DNA of 64,000 nt from Vulcanimicrobiota bacterium (GTDB taxonomy: Bacteria; Vulcanimicrobiota; Vulcanimicrobiia; Eremiobacterales; Eremiobacteraceae): the NCBI GenBank assembly GCA_963805945.1, contig CAWDVP010000006.1:384001-448000 (forward strand). Direction: 5' to 3'. Below are positions 43,138 through 52,936 of this stretch, one piece after another. How positions within the stretch are numbered: the first letter of the stretch is position 1; each line of letters starts with the position of its first letter. Under the pieces are notes generated by a model. That model did no database searches, was not told where the DNA came from, and saw nothing but the letters and a program-made list of their open reading frames with translations. A program made the translations under genes and the position numbers.

Positions 43138-43693
43138 CCGGCGCGACGTCCTCCGGATAGGGATCGATCACGGGCAGGCGCGGCGCATCCTTGGGAAACG
43201 TGTCCGGGTGTTTCGCCTCCCAAATGATCGCGCGCGACACGGTGTACTCGAAGTTGTCGTACGCCGTCGGCCCCCGCTTGCGACGGATGATGGCGATCAC
43301 GGGCATCATCCTGTTCCACGCGGCGATCGCCGTGAAACCGCCGCTTTCCATGAAGGCCCGTTCCTCGGTGTAGCCCAACTTGAGCATCCCGCCGAGCGAC
43401 TCCCAAAAGTCGATGTACGAGACTTCCGGATGCGCGATGCGATCGATCGGCGCGCGCATCAGCCCGGCGCGATATTCCGGGTCCTCGAGCCTCTTCTCGA
43501 CCTCGCCGCTGAAGACGTACGCTTGGAGCTTTCTCGCTTCGGGGCCAGCCCATTTGTCGAACAGACCCAAGGTGGCGCTGATCTGATTACCCGCTCGCAT
43601 GTGCCGGAGCTGGATGACCGCCGCGATCGCAGACGCCGCGATCACGACGAGCGTGCCGAAGGTCGAAAGCGCGGAGATCTCTTCCCAATTCAT
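43127..43693 (-). CDS. Membrane-anchored hypothetical protein, paralog D
   Basis: MNWEEI + TM + QLRHMRAGNQI ... WESLG ... YDNFEY ... HPDTFP. Confidence 0.82.
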   Translation of the reverse strand: MNWEEISALSTFGTLVVIAASAIAAVIQLRHMRAGNQISATLGLFDKWAGPEARKLQAYVFSGEVEKRLEDPEYRAGLMRAPIDRIAHPEVSYIDFWESLGGMLKLGYTEERAFMESGGFTAIAAWNRMMPVIAIIRRKRGPTAYDNFEYTVSRAIIWEAKHPDTFPKDAPRLPVIDPYPEDVAPDVP

Positions 43694-44271
43694 GCGTGCG
43701 GCGCTCCCGCGCCGTGTGTTGCGGCATCGCTCACCTCCGGCAACGGCAGCCGCTCCATGTGTTTTGGAAATGCGCCGCCGGGGTGCCGGCGGCCGAAATC
43801 GCGGCTGCGAATCGCGAGATATTCGAAGTTCTCCCACAACGCCGGTCCGCTTAGGCTGCTCCTGCGCATCAACGCGATCGTCATGCCGAGACGATCCCAG
43901 TCGGCGCTCACCACCCCTCCGGCGAGGTCGAGAAACGGATCTGCTTGGATCAAACCATACTTGACCAGGGTGCCTACCTGCTCCCACCAGGTGATGATGC
44001 GCACCTCGGGATGCACGGACCAATCGTTGGCCGACGTGTCAAGGGAGCGTGCATAGCCGGGATCCTTGAACCTATCGGCGAGCCCCACACGCACCTGGTG
44101 GGCGGCTGCGCGCATCTCGGCGCCATCCCACATCTCGTTGAGCTTGAGCATCGCCTGCAGCTGATTGCTCGCCTGCAGGTGGCGCAACTGGATCAACGCT
44201 GCCACTGCAGTGGCGGCGATCACGACGAACGTGCCGACCGCTGCGAGGGTGCCTATCAACTCCAGCGACAT
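43690..44271 (-). CDS. Membrane-anchored hypothetical protein, paralog E
   Basis: MSLE + TM + QLRHLQASNQL ... WEQVG ... WENFEYLA ... HPGGAFP; SD GGAG. Confidence 0.82.
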   Translation of the reverse strand: MSLELIGTLAAVGTFVVIAATAVAALIQLRHLQASNQLQAMLKLNEMWDGAEMRAAAHQVRVGLADRFKDPGYARSLDTSANDWSVHPEVRIITWWEQVGTLVKYGLIQADPFLDLAGGVVSADWDRLGMTIALMRRSSLSGPALWENFEYLAIRSRDFGRRHPGGAFPKHMERLPLPEVSDAATHGAGAPHA

Positions 44272-44283
44272 TGCGACTCTCCG

Positions 44284-44326
44284 AAAAAAAGACGAGGGCC
44301 GGGAAACGACCCGGCCCTCCTTCTTT
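44284..44326 (-). terminator. Intrinsic terminator after clpC (possibly bidirectional)
   Basis: 10-bp stem GAGGGCCGGG/CCCGGCCCTC followed on the minus strand by GTC and a run of 7 T. Confidence 0.85.
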
Positions 44327-44358
44327 GCGGCGCGCTCGGCGCCTTGCAGACGCGGGCG

Positions 44359-46857
44359 CTATGGACCGGATTGTTTGAGTTCCGGCTCCGGCGCCGGCGG
44401 CTTGAGCGGCTCGCCGATCTTGCGGAACACGGGCTTGCCGTCTTCGGCGTCGAGCAGGATGTGATCGCCGAGCTTGAACGTGCCGCGCAGCAGCTCTTCG
44501 GACAGCGGATCTTCCACCAGCCGGCCGATCGCGCGCCGCAGCGGCCGCGCGCCGAAGGCCGGATCCCAGCCTTCTTTGGCGATGAGTTCGCGCGCCGCTT
44601 CGGTCGCCTCGAGCGTCATGTGCTGGTTCTCCAGCTCCTTGACGACCTTGGCGAGCTCGAGCGTGACGATCTGCTTGATCTCGTCGACGTCGAGCGGATG
44701 GAAGACGACGACCTCGTCCACGCGGTTGAGGAACTCGGGCCGGAAGATGTGCTTGATCTCTTCCAGTATCTTGTTCTTCATCCGCTCGTAGCGGACCGCG
44801 GCCGAGCCTTCTTCTTTCACCGGGCGGAAGCCGATGTCGGAGTTCTTCTGCAGCCCGATCGCGCCGATGTTGCTCGTCATGACGATGAGCGTGTTCTTGA
44901 AGTCGACCGCCCGGCCTTGCGAGTCGGTGAGCCGGCCGTCTTCGAGCACCTGCAGCAGCAGGTTGAACACGTCCGGATGCGCCTTCTCGATCTCGTCGAG
45001 CAGCACGACCGTGTACGGCCGGCGCCGCACCGCTTCGGTGAGCTGGCCGCCCTCTTCGTAGCCGACGTAGCCGGGAGGCGCGCCGACCAGCCGCGACACC
45101 GCGTACTTCTCCATGTACTCGGACATGTCGATGCGCACCATCGACTCCGGATCGTCGAACATGAACTCTGCGAGCGTGCGCGCGAGCTCGGTCTTGCCGA
45201 CGCCCGTCGGACCGAGGAAGATGAACGAACCGATCGGCCGTTTGGGGTTCTTCAACCCCGCGCGCGCGCGCCGGATGGCGCGCGAGATGACCTTGATCGC
45301 CTCGTCCTGGCCGACGATGCGCTTGTGCAGCACGTCGCCCATGTTGAGCAGTTTGGCGGTCTCTTCTTCTTTGAGCTTGCTGACCGGGATGCGCGTCCAG
45401 GTGGAGACGATGTGCGCGATCTCCTCGGGCCCGACCGAGTTGGTCTTCTCGCCCTTGAGGTTGCGCTTTTCGACCCACTCTGCTTCCATCTGGGCCTTCT
45501 TGGCGCGCAGCTTTTCCTCGCGGTCGCGGATCTGCGCCGCGCGTTCGAATTCTTGCGCCTTGATGGCCGCTTCTTTCTCCGCCTTGACCTTGCGGATCTC
45601 GGTCTCGACGTCGCGGATCTCCGGCGGCAGTGAAGTGGACTGCAGCCGCACGCGCGAGGCCGCCTCGTCCATGAGGTCGACCGCCTTGTCGGGCAGGAAG
45701 CGATCGGAGATGTAGCGCGCGGACAGCCGTGCCGCCGCCTCGAGCGCTTCGTCGGTGATCTTGACGCGGTGATGCGCCTCGTAGCGGTCGCGCAGGCCTT
45801 TGAGGATTTCGACGGTCTCCTCGACCGACGGTTCGCCGACCATGATCGACTGGAAGCGGCGCTCGAGCGCCGAGTCCTTCTCGATGTGCTTGCGGAACTC
45901 GTTGAGCGTGGTCGCGCCGATGCACTGCAGCTCGCCGCGCGCGAGCGCCGGCTTGATGATGTTGCTCGCGTCGATCGCGCCTTCGGCGGCGCCCGCACCG
46001 ACAAGCGTGTGCAGCTCGTCGATGAACAGGATGATCTCGCCGCTCGCGCCGCGGATCTCGTCCATGACGCGCTTCATGCGCTCTTCGAACTCGCCGCGGT
46101 ACTTGGTGCCGGCCACCAGGCCCGCAAGGTCCAGCGTGATGACGCGGCGGTCGCGCAGCAGCTCAGGCACATCGCCGGCGATGACGCGCTGCGCCAGGCC
46201 TTCCGCGATGGCCGTCTTGCCGACGCCGGGTTCGCCGATGAGCGCCGGGTTGTTCTTGGTGCGCCGCGAGAGGATCTGCACGACCCGCTCGATCTCGGTG
46301 TTGCGGCCGATGACCGGATCGAGTTTGCCTTCGCGCGCCAGTTGGGTCAGGTCGCGGCCGTAGGCGTCGAGCGTCGGCGTCTTGCTCTTGCCCTTCGACG
46401 CGGTCTGCGTCTGGGTCTCGGCGCCGAGCAGCGACGTCGTCTGCACGCGCACCTTCGCCGGGTCGACGCCCAGGTTGGTGAGCACGCGCGCGGCGACGCC
46501 CTCGCCCTCGCGGATGAGGCCGAGCAGCAGATGCTCCGTGCCGATATAGTTGTGATTGAGCTGGCGCGCTTCTTCGAACGCGAGCTCGATGACCCGCTTC
46601 GCGCGGGGGGTGAACACCATCTCCTGCTGCACGGTCTGACCACCGCGCCCGACGATCGCCTCAACTTCGGCGCGGACCTTCGCCAGGTTGACTCCTAGAG
46701 TTTCCAACACTTTGGCGGCAAGGCTCTCGCCTTCGCTGATGATGCCGAGCAGGATGTGTTCCGTTCCTATGTAGTTGTTGCCGAGGCGCTGGGCTTCTTC
46801 TTGCGCCAGCACGATGCTGCGGCGCGCGCGCTCGGTGAACGGCTCCCACATTGACAT
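44359..46857 (-). CDS. clpC: ATP-dependent Clp protease ATP-binding subunit ClpC
   Basis: Two Clp-N repeats, [11 protein letters not shown]-like coil, [17 protein letters not shown] loop, [15 protein letters not shown]. Confidence 0.96.
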   Translation of the reverse strand: MSMWEPFTERARRSIVLAQEEAQRLGNNYIGTEHILLGIISEGESLAAKVLETLGVNLAKVRAEVEAIVGRGGQTVQQEMVFTPRAKRVIELAFEEARQLNHNYIGTEHLLLGLIREGEGVAARVLTNLGVDPAKVRVQTTSLLGAETQTQTASKGKSKTPTLDAYGRDLTQLAREGKLDPVIGRNTEIERVVQILSRRTKNNPALIGEPGVGKTAIAEGLAQRVIAGDVPELLRDRRVITLDLAGLVAGTKYRGEFEERMKRVMDEIRGASGEIILFIDELHTLVGAGAAEGAIDASNIIKPALARGELQCIGATTLNEFRKHIEKDSALERRFQSIMVGEPSVEETVEILKGLRDRYEAHHRVKITDEALEAAARLSARYISDRFLPDKAVDLMDEAASRVRLQSTSLPPEIRDVETEIRKVKAEKEAAIKAQEFERAAQIRDREEKLRAKKAQMEAEWVEKRNLKGEKTNSVGPEEIAHIVSTWTRIPVSKLKEEETAKLLNMGDVLHKRIVGQDEAIKVISRAIRRARAGLKNPKRPIGSFIFLGPTGVGKTELARTLAEFMFDDPESMVRIDMSEYMEKYAVSRLVGAPPGYVGYEEGGQLTEAVRRRPYTVVLLDEIEKAHPDVFNLLLQVLEDGRLTDSQGRAVDFKNTLIVMTSNIGAIGLQKNSDIGFRPVKEEGSAAVRYERMKNKILEEIKHIFRPEFLNRVDEVVVFHPLDVDEIKQIVTLELAKVVKELENQHMTLEATEAARELIAKEGWDPAFGARPLRRAIGRLVEDPLSEELLRGTFKLGDHILLDAEDGKPVFRKIGEPLKPPAPEPELKQSGP

Positions 46858-46885
46858 TTGTTCTTCTCGTTCTCCCCCTATAGTC

Positions 46886-46906
46886 GTGCCCGAACGAAGC
46901 TCGGGC
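46886..46906 (+). repeat. Degenerate REP in the clpC 5' region
   Basis: GTGCCCGAACGAAGCTCGGGC, nearly identical to the gltX and hutI copies. Confidence 0.7.
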
Positions 46907-46991
46907 CCGAGTACGTCCGTATGTTCGACGCCGCCCGGCAAATCCGCTTCTTCCTAAACGTATTGCTAGGTCACATCGTTTGGCGGGAAAT

Positions 46992-47229
46992 GAAGAGGGG
47001 TGCAGCTCCGGCTGCCCCCTCTCCGTATGATCGACGTATCGATTGCAGGCCCCAAGAGTGCTCGGTCTTCGCTGCACTGGTGCCCGCTCTTGCGAGCGGG
47101 AGTCGCATCGGCTTTCGCTGGATCGGGCGATGCCCAATCGCTACGCCCGGGTTACGCAATCCGGATGCGAGTCGGTGCTCACGCCGCTCGCTCGCCGATC
47201 AGTGCGCTGTAGAGCGGCCCCTTGAGGCT
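46992..47229 (-). ncRNA. Candidate structured non-coding RNA (~180-nt core, 47229-47049) plus 3' hairpins; identity unknown
   Basis: Starts just downstream of a near-consensus promoter. Nested helices GCCUCAAGGG/CUCUUGGGGC, GCACUG/CAGUGC and UCGCAUC/GAUGCGA; hairpins CCCGCUC-GCAA-GAGCGGG and GAUUGGGC-AUC-GCCCGAUC; then a terminator-like stem at 47024-46992. Confidence 0.6.
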
Positions 47230-47236
47230 TACCCGC

Positions 47237-47265
47237 ATGATACGCCCGAGGTCCGGCAGTGTCAA
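47237..47265 (-). promoter_or_regulatory. Sigma70-type promoter
   Basis: Minus strand TTGACA(47265-47260)-17 nt-TATCAT(47242-47237). Confidence 0.8.
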
Positions 47266-47308
47266 GGCGAACGCCGGAGAAGTTTTCTCGTTCCGCGAAT
47301 GTTTGCGT

Positions 47309-48796
47309 ATGACGGAATCCGGCCACAGCGTCGCCATCGGCCTCGGCTCGAATCTCGGTGATCGGCAAGGCAATCTCACCGGGGCGCTGCAGCGCTTGAG
47401 GAAAGTTATCCACATCCGAAGCGTCTCGCCTGTGTATGAGACGACGCCGGTCGGCTATACCGATCAGCCCGATTTCCTCAATCTCGTGTGCAACGGCACA
47501 ACCGCGCTCTCGCCGCACGACCTGAGCGCCGCGCTTTCGGACATCGAGCGCCGCGTCGGCCGCACGCCCTCATTCCCCATGGGACCGCGCACGATCGACC
47601 TCGACCTCTTGCTGTACGACGATCTCGTCCTGCGCGAGCCGGCGCTCACCATCCCGCATCCGCGCATGACTGCGCGCGCGTTCGTGCTCATCCCGCTGCG
47701 GGATATCGCGCCGGATCTCATCGAGCCGGTGTCGCGCCGCAGCGTCCGCGAGCTCGCCGCCGCGATCGACCCCGCGGGCATGCGGCGTCTGGAAGGCGGT
47801 CTGCTCGCGCGCTTCCGCCGCGACGTCCAGGAGCAGCGTCCGCAGGTGCCCCTCTCGCTCGATCGGGCGGGCGTCACCGGCGTGAAGACGACCGTCTCGC
47901 TCTCTTTGCCTGCGGGCCGGCAGCAGGCGATCGCGACGCTCGACATCTTCGCCGATCTCGACGCGCGGCACAGCGGCGTGCACATGTCGCGCTTCTCCCA
48001 AGACCTCGAAGATGCGCTCGCCGGGCTTTCGGCCGACGCCCAGGTCGGCGGCGAGTCGCTGGCGCTGCTGCTCGCGCAGCGCGTGGTGGAGAGCCAGCGC
48101 GCGGCGATCGCACGTGTCGAGCTGCGCGCCGAGTTCTCGCTGCCGCGTCACACGCCGGCGAGCGGCATCGCGACCAGCGAGTACTACACCATGCTGGCGA
48201 AGGCGGTGGCAGGCGCCGGGTTCGCGCGCAGCTGCGTCGGCGTCGAAGCAGAGGGCATCACCGCCTGCCCGTGCGCGCAGTCGATGGTGGCGGAAGCCGC
48301 TCGCGACCGCCTCGCCGGCGAGGGTTTCTCGGGCGAGCAGATCGAGCGGATCTTGCGCAGCATGCCGATCGCGACGCACAACCAGCGCGGCCGCGGCACG
48401 CTGCTCATCGGCGGCTCGCTGCCCGTGGATCTCGCCGGCATGGTGGAGATCGTGGAGCAGTCGATGTCGTCGGAGACGTATGACCTGCTCAAACGGCCGG
48501 ATGAGCTCTTCGTGGTCAACAAGGCGCACGCCGCGCCGCGCTTCGTCGAAGACGTCGTGCGAGAGATGCTGCGCTACGCGCACGACGCGCTCGCGGGCGC
48601 CCCCGACGATGCGTTCGTGCTGGCCCGTCAGGTGAACTACGAGAGCATCCACAAGCACGACGCGGTGGCCGAATCGAGCGCGCTCGTGGGCGAGCTGCGC
48701 CGCGAGCTGGCCGGCGCCACGGGGGTGACGCATACGACTCTCGAAGAGTGGCTTCACCCGCGAGACTCCGCGGCGTATGTAGGGCCCGAGCTTTAG
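47309..48796 (+). CDS. folK: Fusion of FolK (HPPK) and GTP cyclohydrolase FolE2/MptA
   Basis: N-terminus: IGLGSNLGDR, YETTP, QPDFLN, GPRTIDLDLL, IPHPRM. C-terminus: GVHMSRF, TACPCAQ, ATHNQRG, LKRPDE, PRFVED, ESIHKHDA. Single uninterrupted frame. Confidence 0.88.
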   Translation: MTESGHSVAIGLGSNLGDRQGNLTGALQRLRKVIHIRSVSPVYETTPVGYTDQPDFLNLVCNGTTALSPHDLSAALSDIERRVGRTPSFPMGPRTIDLDLLLYDDLVLREPALTIPHPRMTARAFVLIPLRDIAPDLIEPVSRRSVRELAAAIDPAGMRRLEGGLLARFRRDVQEQRPQVPLSLDRAGVTGVKTTVSLSLPAGRQQAIATLDIFADLDARHSGVHMSRFSQDLEDALAGLSADAQVGGESLALLLAQRVVESQRAAIARVELRAEFSLPRHTPASGIATSEYYTMLAKAVAGAGFARSCVGVEAEGITACPCAQSMVAEAARDRLAGEGFSGEQIERILRSMPIATHNQRGRGTLLIGGSLPVDLAGMVEIVEQSMSSETYDLLKRPDELFVVNKAHAAPRFVEDVVREMLRYAHDALAGAPDDAFVLARQVNYESIHKHDAVAESSALVGELRRELAGATGVTHTTLEEWLHPRDSAAYVGPEL

Positions 48797-48804
48797 CTCG
48801 GGCC
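48778..48804 (+). repeat. REP encoding the C-terminus and stop of the FolK fusion
   Basis: TGTAGGGCCCGAGCTTTAGCTCGGGCC; the TAG at 48794-48796 lies within it. Confidence 0.8.
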
Positions 48805-48819
48805 GATTGGACAGCACCT

Positions 48820-49827
48820 ATGTGGGATTGGGAACGCGCTTCGATCCCGTACCGGCCGATCTACCTGCGCCGGCTCCGGCGTCGCCGGCTCGTCGCCGCG
48901 CTGCTTATCGCATGCGTCGTCATCCCTGTGTCCGCGTACCTGCACCAGCGCGCCGCCACATCGGTCAGCCAGCGCATCTTCGACGAAGTGGCCTCGACTA
49001 TCTCGTTGCGCTACTACGACCGATCGTACCATGGTGTGGCGTGGCGCGACCTCGCGGCGCAGTATCGCACGCGCATCGTCGACGCCCCGACGACCGCAGC
49101 GCGTTACGCAGCGCTGCGCGAACTTGTCGCGCATCTGCGCGACAGCCACACCGCGGTGTATTCGCCTGACGATCTGCAGCCGCGCCGCGACGAACGCCAT
49201 CACGCCGTCTTCGGGATGTCACCCGATGCCGCGGCCGCGCAAGGCTCGGCGATCGATTGGCGGGTGCTGAAGCCCGGCATCGGCTACCTGCGGATCGGGT
49301 CGTTCCCCGACTCGATCGATGGACTGCTCGGCTGGGCGATGACGGACGTCGGCCGCTATCCGTCGCTCATCCTCGATCTGCGCGGCAACCCGGGTGGCCT
49401 GGTTGATTCTGTCGATGCGGTCGCAGGGCTCTTCCTGCCGCCGGGCACGCTCATCTCGACCGGCACACGGCGTTACCATCTCTTCGGCTCGCAGCGATTC
49501 GTCGCCAGCGGGCGCGCGGGCGGGCCATACGCGGGCAAGCTCATCGTGTTGGTCGACGCGAACAGCCGCAGCGGCGCCGAGTCGCTGGCGCGCGCGCTGC
49601 AATACTATCACCGCGCGACATTAGTGGGGACGCGCACCGCCGGCAAGGTGCTCGGCGTCGACGTCGAGATAACGCTGGCGGACGGCGGCTTGCTGCGCGT
49701 GGCGACGCTGGACATGCGCGCGCCGGACGGACAGCGCCTTGAAGGCAACGGCGTTCAGCCTGATATCTTCGTGGCCGGCCGGGCCGCGCAGTTGCGCACC
49801 GCGCTCGGCGTGCTCAGCGGCCCCTAG
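48820..49827 (+). CDS. S41 family peptidase (apparently lacking a PDZ domain)
   Basis: Basic stretch plus TM; LRDSHT, IGYLRIGSF, ILDLRGNPGG, SRSGAESLA, GTRTAGK, EGNGVQPD. Confidence 0.85.
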   Translation: MWDWERASIPYRPIYLRRLRRRRLVAALLIACVVIPVSAYLHQRAATSVSQRIFDEVASTISLRYYDRSYHGVAWRDLAAQYRTRIVDAPTTAARYAALRELVAHLRDSHTAVYSPDDLQPRRDERHHAVFGMSPDAAAAQGSAIDWRVLKPGIGYLRIGSFPDSIDGLLGWAMTDVGRYPSLILDLRGNPGGLVDSVDAVAGLFLPPGTLISTGTRRYHLFGSQRFVASGRAGGPYAGKLIVLVDANSRSGAESLARALQYYHRATLVGTRTAGKVLGVDVEITLADGGLLRVATLDMRAPDGQRLEGNGVQPDIFVAGRAAQLRTALGVLSGP

Positions 49828-50198
49828 GTCATACCCGCGACTTTTTCCGTGAGGCGCTTGTAGACGGCGTCGGCGAGATCTTTCTTCTCGACGATCACCG
49901 CCGACGGCGCCGACTTGCGGCACTTGTCGATGTCTTTGGCCGGCACATCCGTGAGGATGACCGGCATGTTGCGCGTGTTGAAACCATCTTTGATGTAGCG
50001 CGCGGCTTCTCGTCCGTGGGAAGGGATCTTCCCGAGCGAGATCACCACCACGTCCGGACGCTCGCGGTTCAGCGTGTCGAAGAAGGTCGGCCAGCGCGGC
50101 TCGTCCTCGACCAGCTTTGCGCCAAGACCGGAGAGCATGTCCCTGTGCGCGACACTTTCGGGGTCACTGCGGAATTGCAAGAGCAGCACTTTGGGCAT
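49824..50198 (-). CDS. Small hypothetical protein, degenerate receiver-like fold
   Basis: MPKVLLL...RPDVVVISL...TRNMPVILT resembles a CheY-like beta/alpha pattern; the expected phospho-Asp is not evident. Confidence 0.6.
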   Translation of the reverse strand: MPKVLLLQFRSDPESVAHRDMLSGLGAKLVEDEPRWPTFFDTLNRERPDVVVISLGKIPSHGREAARYIKDGFNTRNMPVILTDVPAKDIDKCRKSAPSAVIVEKKDLADAVYKRLTEKVAGMT

Positions 50199-50316
50199 AC
50201 GCGCTGAGTTCGCCCGCGAGATGCGCCAGCCCCTTGGAATGATAGTCACACTCGCCGCCGAATGACCCGGACCCGGCCGTGGGCCGGTCCTGATCGAATG
50301 AAATAGGAGAAACCCG

Positions 50317-50685
50317 ATGACGACCGCTGGAGCGACCAAAGTCAAAGGCGTGGACGCGTCCTACTACACGGTGAAGGACATCAAACGCGCGACCAAGTTC
50401 TACAACGAATTGCTCGGCACGGAACCCACCGTGACGGTGGGCGAGAACATCGTCGAGTACACGTTCCCCGATGGCCACACGTTCGGCCTGTACCAGACCG
50501 ACGAGTGGACGCCGCACGGCGGGCTGCTGTTCGCGGTCGATGACGTCCAGGCTGCCGTCGCCGAACACAAGGCGCGCGGCGTCAAGTTCGACGGCGACGG
50601 CCACATCGAGGACACGCCGGTCTGCCACATGGCGTTCGGCGAGGACTCGGAAGGCAACAGCTTCATCATCCACAAGCGTAAGTGA
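50317..50685 (+). CDS. VOC/glyoxalase family protein
   Basis: VKDIKRATKFY, FAVDDV, ARGVKF, EDSEGNSF; SD AGGAG. Confidence 0.88.
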   Translation: MTTAGATKVKGVDASYYTVKDIKRATKFYNELLGTEPTVTVGENIVEYTFPDGHTFGLYQTDEWTPHGGLLFAVDDVQAAVAEHKARGVKFDGDGHIEDTPVCHMAFGEDSEGNSFIIHKRK

Positions 50686-50741
50686 CGATCGCATCACTGC
50701 CGCGCACGGCGCGCGGCAGCGTTCGGTCTTGAGGTGATCGC

Positions 50742-51131
50742 ATGGCCACTAAAGGGGCGCGGGGCGTCGACGCGATCTTCTATCGTGCCGATGATCTGGA
50801 GCGCGCGACCACGTTCTACAACGCGCTGCTCGGCATGGAGCCGACGCAGAGCTGGCCGAACTTCGGCGCCGAATACACCCTGCCGAACGGCGAGACGTTC
50901 GGTCTTCTCAAGTTCCCGGACTCGGAACGTTTCGCGCACTACAAGGCGGCCTGGCATGCCGGCGCCGGCGTCATGTTCGCCTTCGACGACCTCGAGGCGA
51001 CGGTCGCCGCGTGCAAGGCGCGCGGCGTGAAGTTCTTCAACGACGGTAAGGTCGAAGAGACGCCCGTCTGCCAGATGGTGTTCGCCGAGGACTCCGAAGG
51101 CAACAGCTTCATCCTGCACAAGCGCAAGTAG
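50742..51131 (+). CDS. VOC/glyoxalase family protein (tandem paralog)
   Basis: DDLERATTFY, FAFDDL, ARGVKF, EDSEGNSF; SD GAGG. Confidence 0.88.
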   Translation: MATKGARGVDAIFYRADDLERATTFYNALLGMEPTQSWPNFGAEYTLPNGETFGLLKFPDSERFAHYKAAWHAGAGVMFAFDDLEATVAACKARGVKFFNDGKVEETPVCQMVFAEDSEGNSFILHKRK

Positions 51132-51176
51132 CCTTCTGGCGGGTGCGAAAGCCCCGCGCACGGAATCCCCGGCCCC

Positions 51177-52727
51177 ATGTCGCATGAATCCGAACTCGAT
51201 CTGCTTCGCACGAAGCGGGCGCAATCGCGCGTGCCCGCGGGCGAGGCCGCGATCGCCAAGCAGCGCGAGCGCGGCAAGCTCACCGCGCGAGAGCGCATCG
51301 AGCGACTGCTCGACGCGGGCAGCTTCGTCGAACTCGACGCGTTCGCGGTCCATCGCACCGACGCGTTCGGCCTCGACGAGCGGCAGTTCGTCGGCGACGG
51401 CGTCGTCACAGGTCACGGCACCATCGACGGCCGGCAGGTCTGCATCTTCTCGCAGGACTTCTCCGTCTTGGGCGGTTCGCTGGGAGAAGTGTTTGCCGAG
51501 AAGATCTGCAAGGTCATGGATCTGGCGGTGAAGGTCGGCTGTCCGATGATCGGCATCAACGACTCGGGCGGCGCGCGCATCCAAGAGGGCGTGGTCAGTC
51601 TCGGCGGCTACGCGGAGATATTCTGGCGCAACGTGCAGGCCTCCGGCGTCATCCCGCAGATCTCGCTCATCGCCGGCCCCTGCGCCGGCGGTGCGGTCTA
51701 CAGTCCCGCCATCACCGACTTCATCATCATGGTGGACAAGATCTCGCAGATGTTTATCACCGGGCCGGAAGTGATCAAGACGGTGACCGGTGAGGAGGTG
51801 AGCTTCGAAGAGCTGGGCGGTGCGGCGACCCATAACTCGAAGAGCGGCGTCGCGCAGTTCCTGGCCGCCGATGAGGATGAGGCGTTCGAGCAGATCCGCC
51901 ATCTGCTCTCGTTCTTGCCGCAGAACAACCTCGACGATCCGCCGGTCGTGGACTCAGACGACGATCCGCAACGCACCGATCCTGGTTTGATCGACCTCAT
52001 CCCGGCGGCGCCGAACCTCCCCTACGACATGATCGGCGTCATCGAGCGCGTGGTGGATAGCGGCGAGTTCTTCGAAGTGCAGCCGCTCTACGGCGGCTCG
52101 CTGGTCGTCGGCTTCGCGAGGCTCGACGGCCAGCCGGTCGGCATCGTCGCTAACCAGCCGAAGGTGCTCGCGGGCGTGTTGGACATCAGCTCGTCGCTCA
52201 AAGGCGCGCGCTTCGTGCGCTTCTGCGACGCGTTCAACATCCCGCTCGTCGTGTTCGTCGACGTGCCGGGCTTCTTGCCGGGCACCAGCCAGGAGTTCGG
52301 CGGCATCATCAAACACGGCGCGAAGCTGCTCTACGCCTTCGCCGAGGCGACGGTGCCGAAGCTCACGGTGATCACGCGCAAGGCGTATGGCGGCGCGTAT
52401 GACGTCATGTGCAGCAAGCACATCCGCGCCGATTTCAACGTCGCGTGGCCGACCGCGGAGATCGCCGTCATGGGCCCGCCTGGCGCGGTGAAGATCATCT
52501 TCCGCGACGAGATCGCCAAGGCCGCCGATCCCGCCAAGCGCACGGACGAACTGGTCGCCGAATACGTCGAGCGCTTCGCCAATCCATACGTCGCGGCGGA
52601 ACGCGGCTATATCGACGACGTCATCGATCCGGCACAGACGCGGCCGGCGCTCATCAACGCGCTGCACCTGCTGGCGGGCAAGCGCGTGGCCCGGCCGGCG
52701 CGGCGCCACGGCAACATCCCTCTTTGA
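51177..52727 (+). CDS. pccB: Propionyl-CoA carboxylase beta subunit (carboxyltransferase)
   Basis: [60 protein letters not shown]. Confidence 0.92.
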   Translation: MSHESELDLLRTKRAQSRVPAGEAAIAKQRERGKLTARERIERLLDAGSFVELDAFAVHRTDAFGLDERQFVGDGVVTGHGTIDGRQVCIFSQDFSVLGGSLGEVFAEKICKVMDLAVKVGCPMIGINDSGGARIQEGVVSLGGYAEIFWRNVQASGVIPQISLIAGPCAGGAVYSPAITDFIIMVDKISQMFITGPEVIKTVTGEEVSFEELGGAATHNSKSGVAQFLAADEDEAFEQIRHLLSFLPQNNLDDPPVVDSDDDPQRTDPGLIDLIPAAPNLPYDMIGVIERVVDSGEFFEVQPLYGGSLVVGFARLDGQPVGIVANQPKVLAGVLDISSSLKGARFVRFCDAFNIPLVVFVDVPGFLPGTSQEFGGIIKHGAKLLYAFAEATVPKLTVITRKAYGGAYDVMCSKHIRADFNVAWPTAEIAVMGPPGAVKIIFRDEIAKAADPAKRTDELVAEYVERFANPYVAAERGYIDDVIDPAQTRPALINALHLLAGKRVARPARRHGNIPL

Positions 52728-52936
52728 AGATCATCGAGATCACGCCGGCGGCCACGCCGGATGAGGCGGCCGCGATCGAGGCGGCCTTGAAGCTTATCAG
52801 CGGTCGAATGAATTCGACCGCTACAGGCAGCGCACGCGTATGGAGCGGTCGAGTTTACTCGACCGACCCGAGCGATGACCGCGCTCTCACGTGGCGCGAA
52901 GAGGCGCGGCGCGAAGCGGTCGATGCCGGCGTTTAA
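52724..52936 (+). CDS. Putative acyl-CoA carboxylase epsilon-like small subunit containing two translated REPs
   Basis: TTG overlaps the pcc[17 protein letters not shown] ... W..EARREA pattern; overlaps the downstream biotin carboxylase start. Confidence 0.65.
   Translation: MKIIEITPAATPDEAAAIEAALKLISGRMNSTATGSARVWSGRVYSTDPSDDRALTWREEARREAVDAGV
52801..52865. repeat. Head-to-head REP pair
   Basis: CGGTCGAATGAATTCGACCGCTACA (52801-52825) and TGGAGCGGTCGAGTTTACTCGACCG (52841-52865). Confidence 0.88.

Noticed and set aside
42029..44271. Integron cassette array for the four paralogs
   Set aside because: The genes overlap directly, with no attC-like spacers and no integrase in the window.
46992..47229. 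SRP RNA, RNase P RNA, tmRNA or tRNA as the identity of the structured region
   Set aside because: I could not find their signature motifs by eye. 6S RNA is not excluded.
46858..47361. Short ORFs in the clpC-folK intergenic region and the extended ClpC/FolK starts from the ORF track
   Set aside because: No motifs or SD. ClpC has an SD-like purine run before 46857, and FolK homology begins near 47309.
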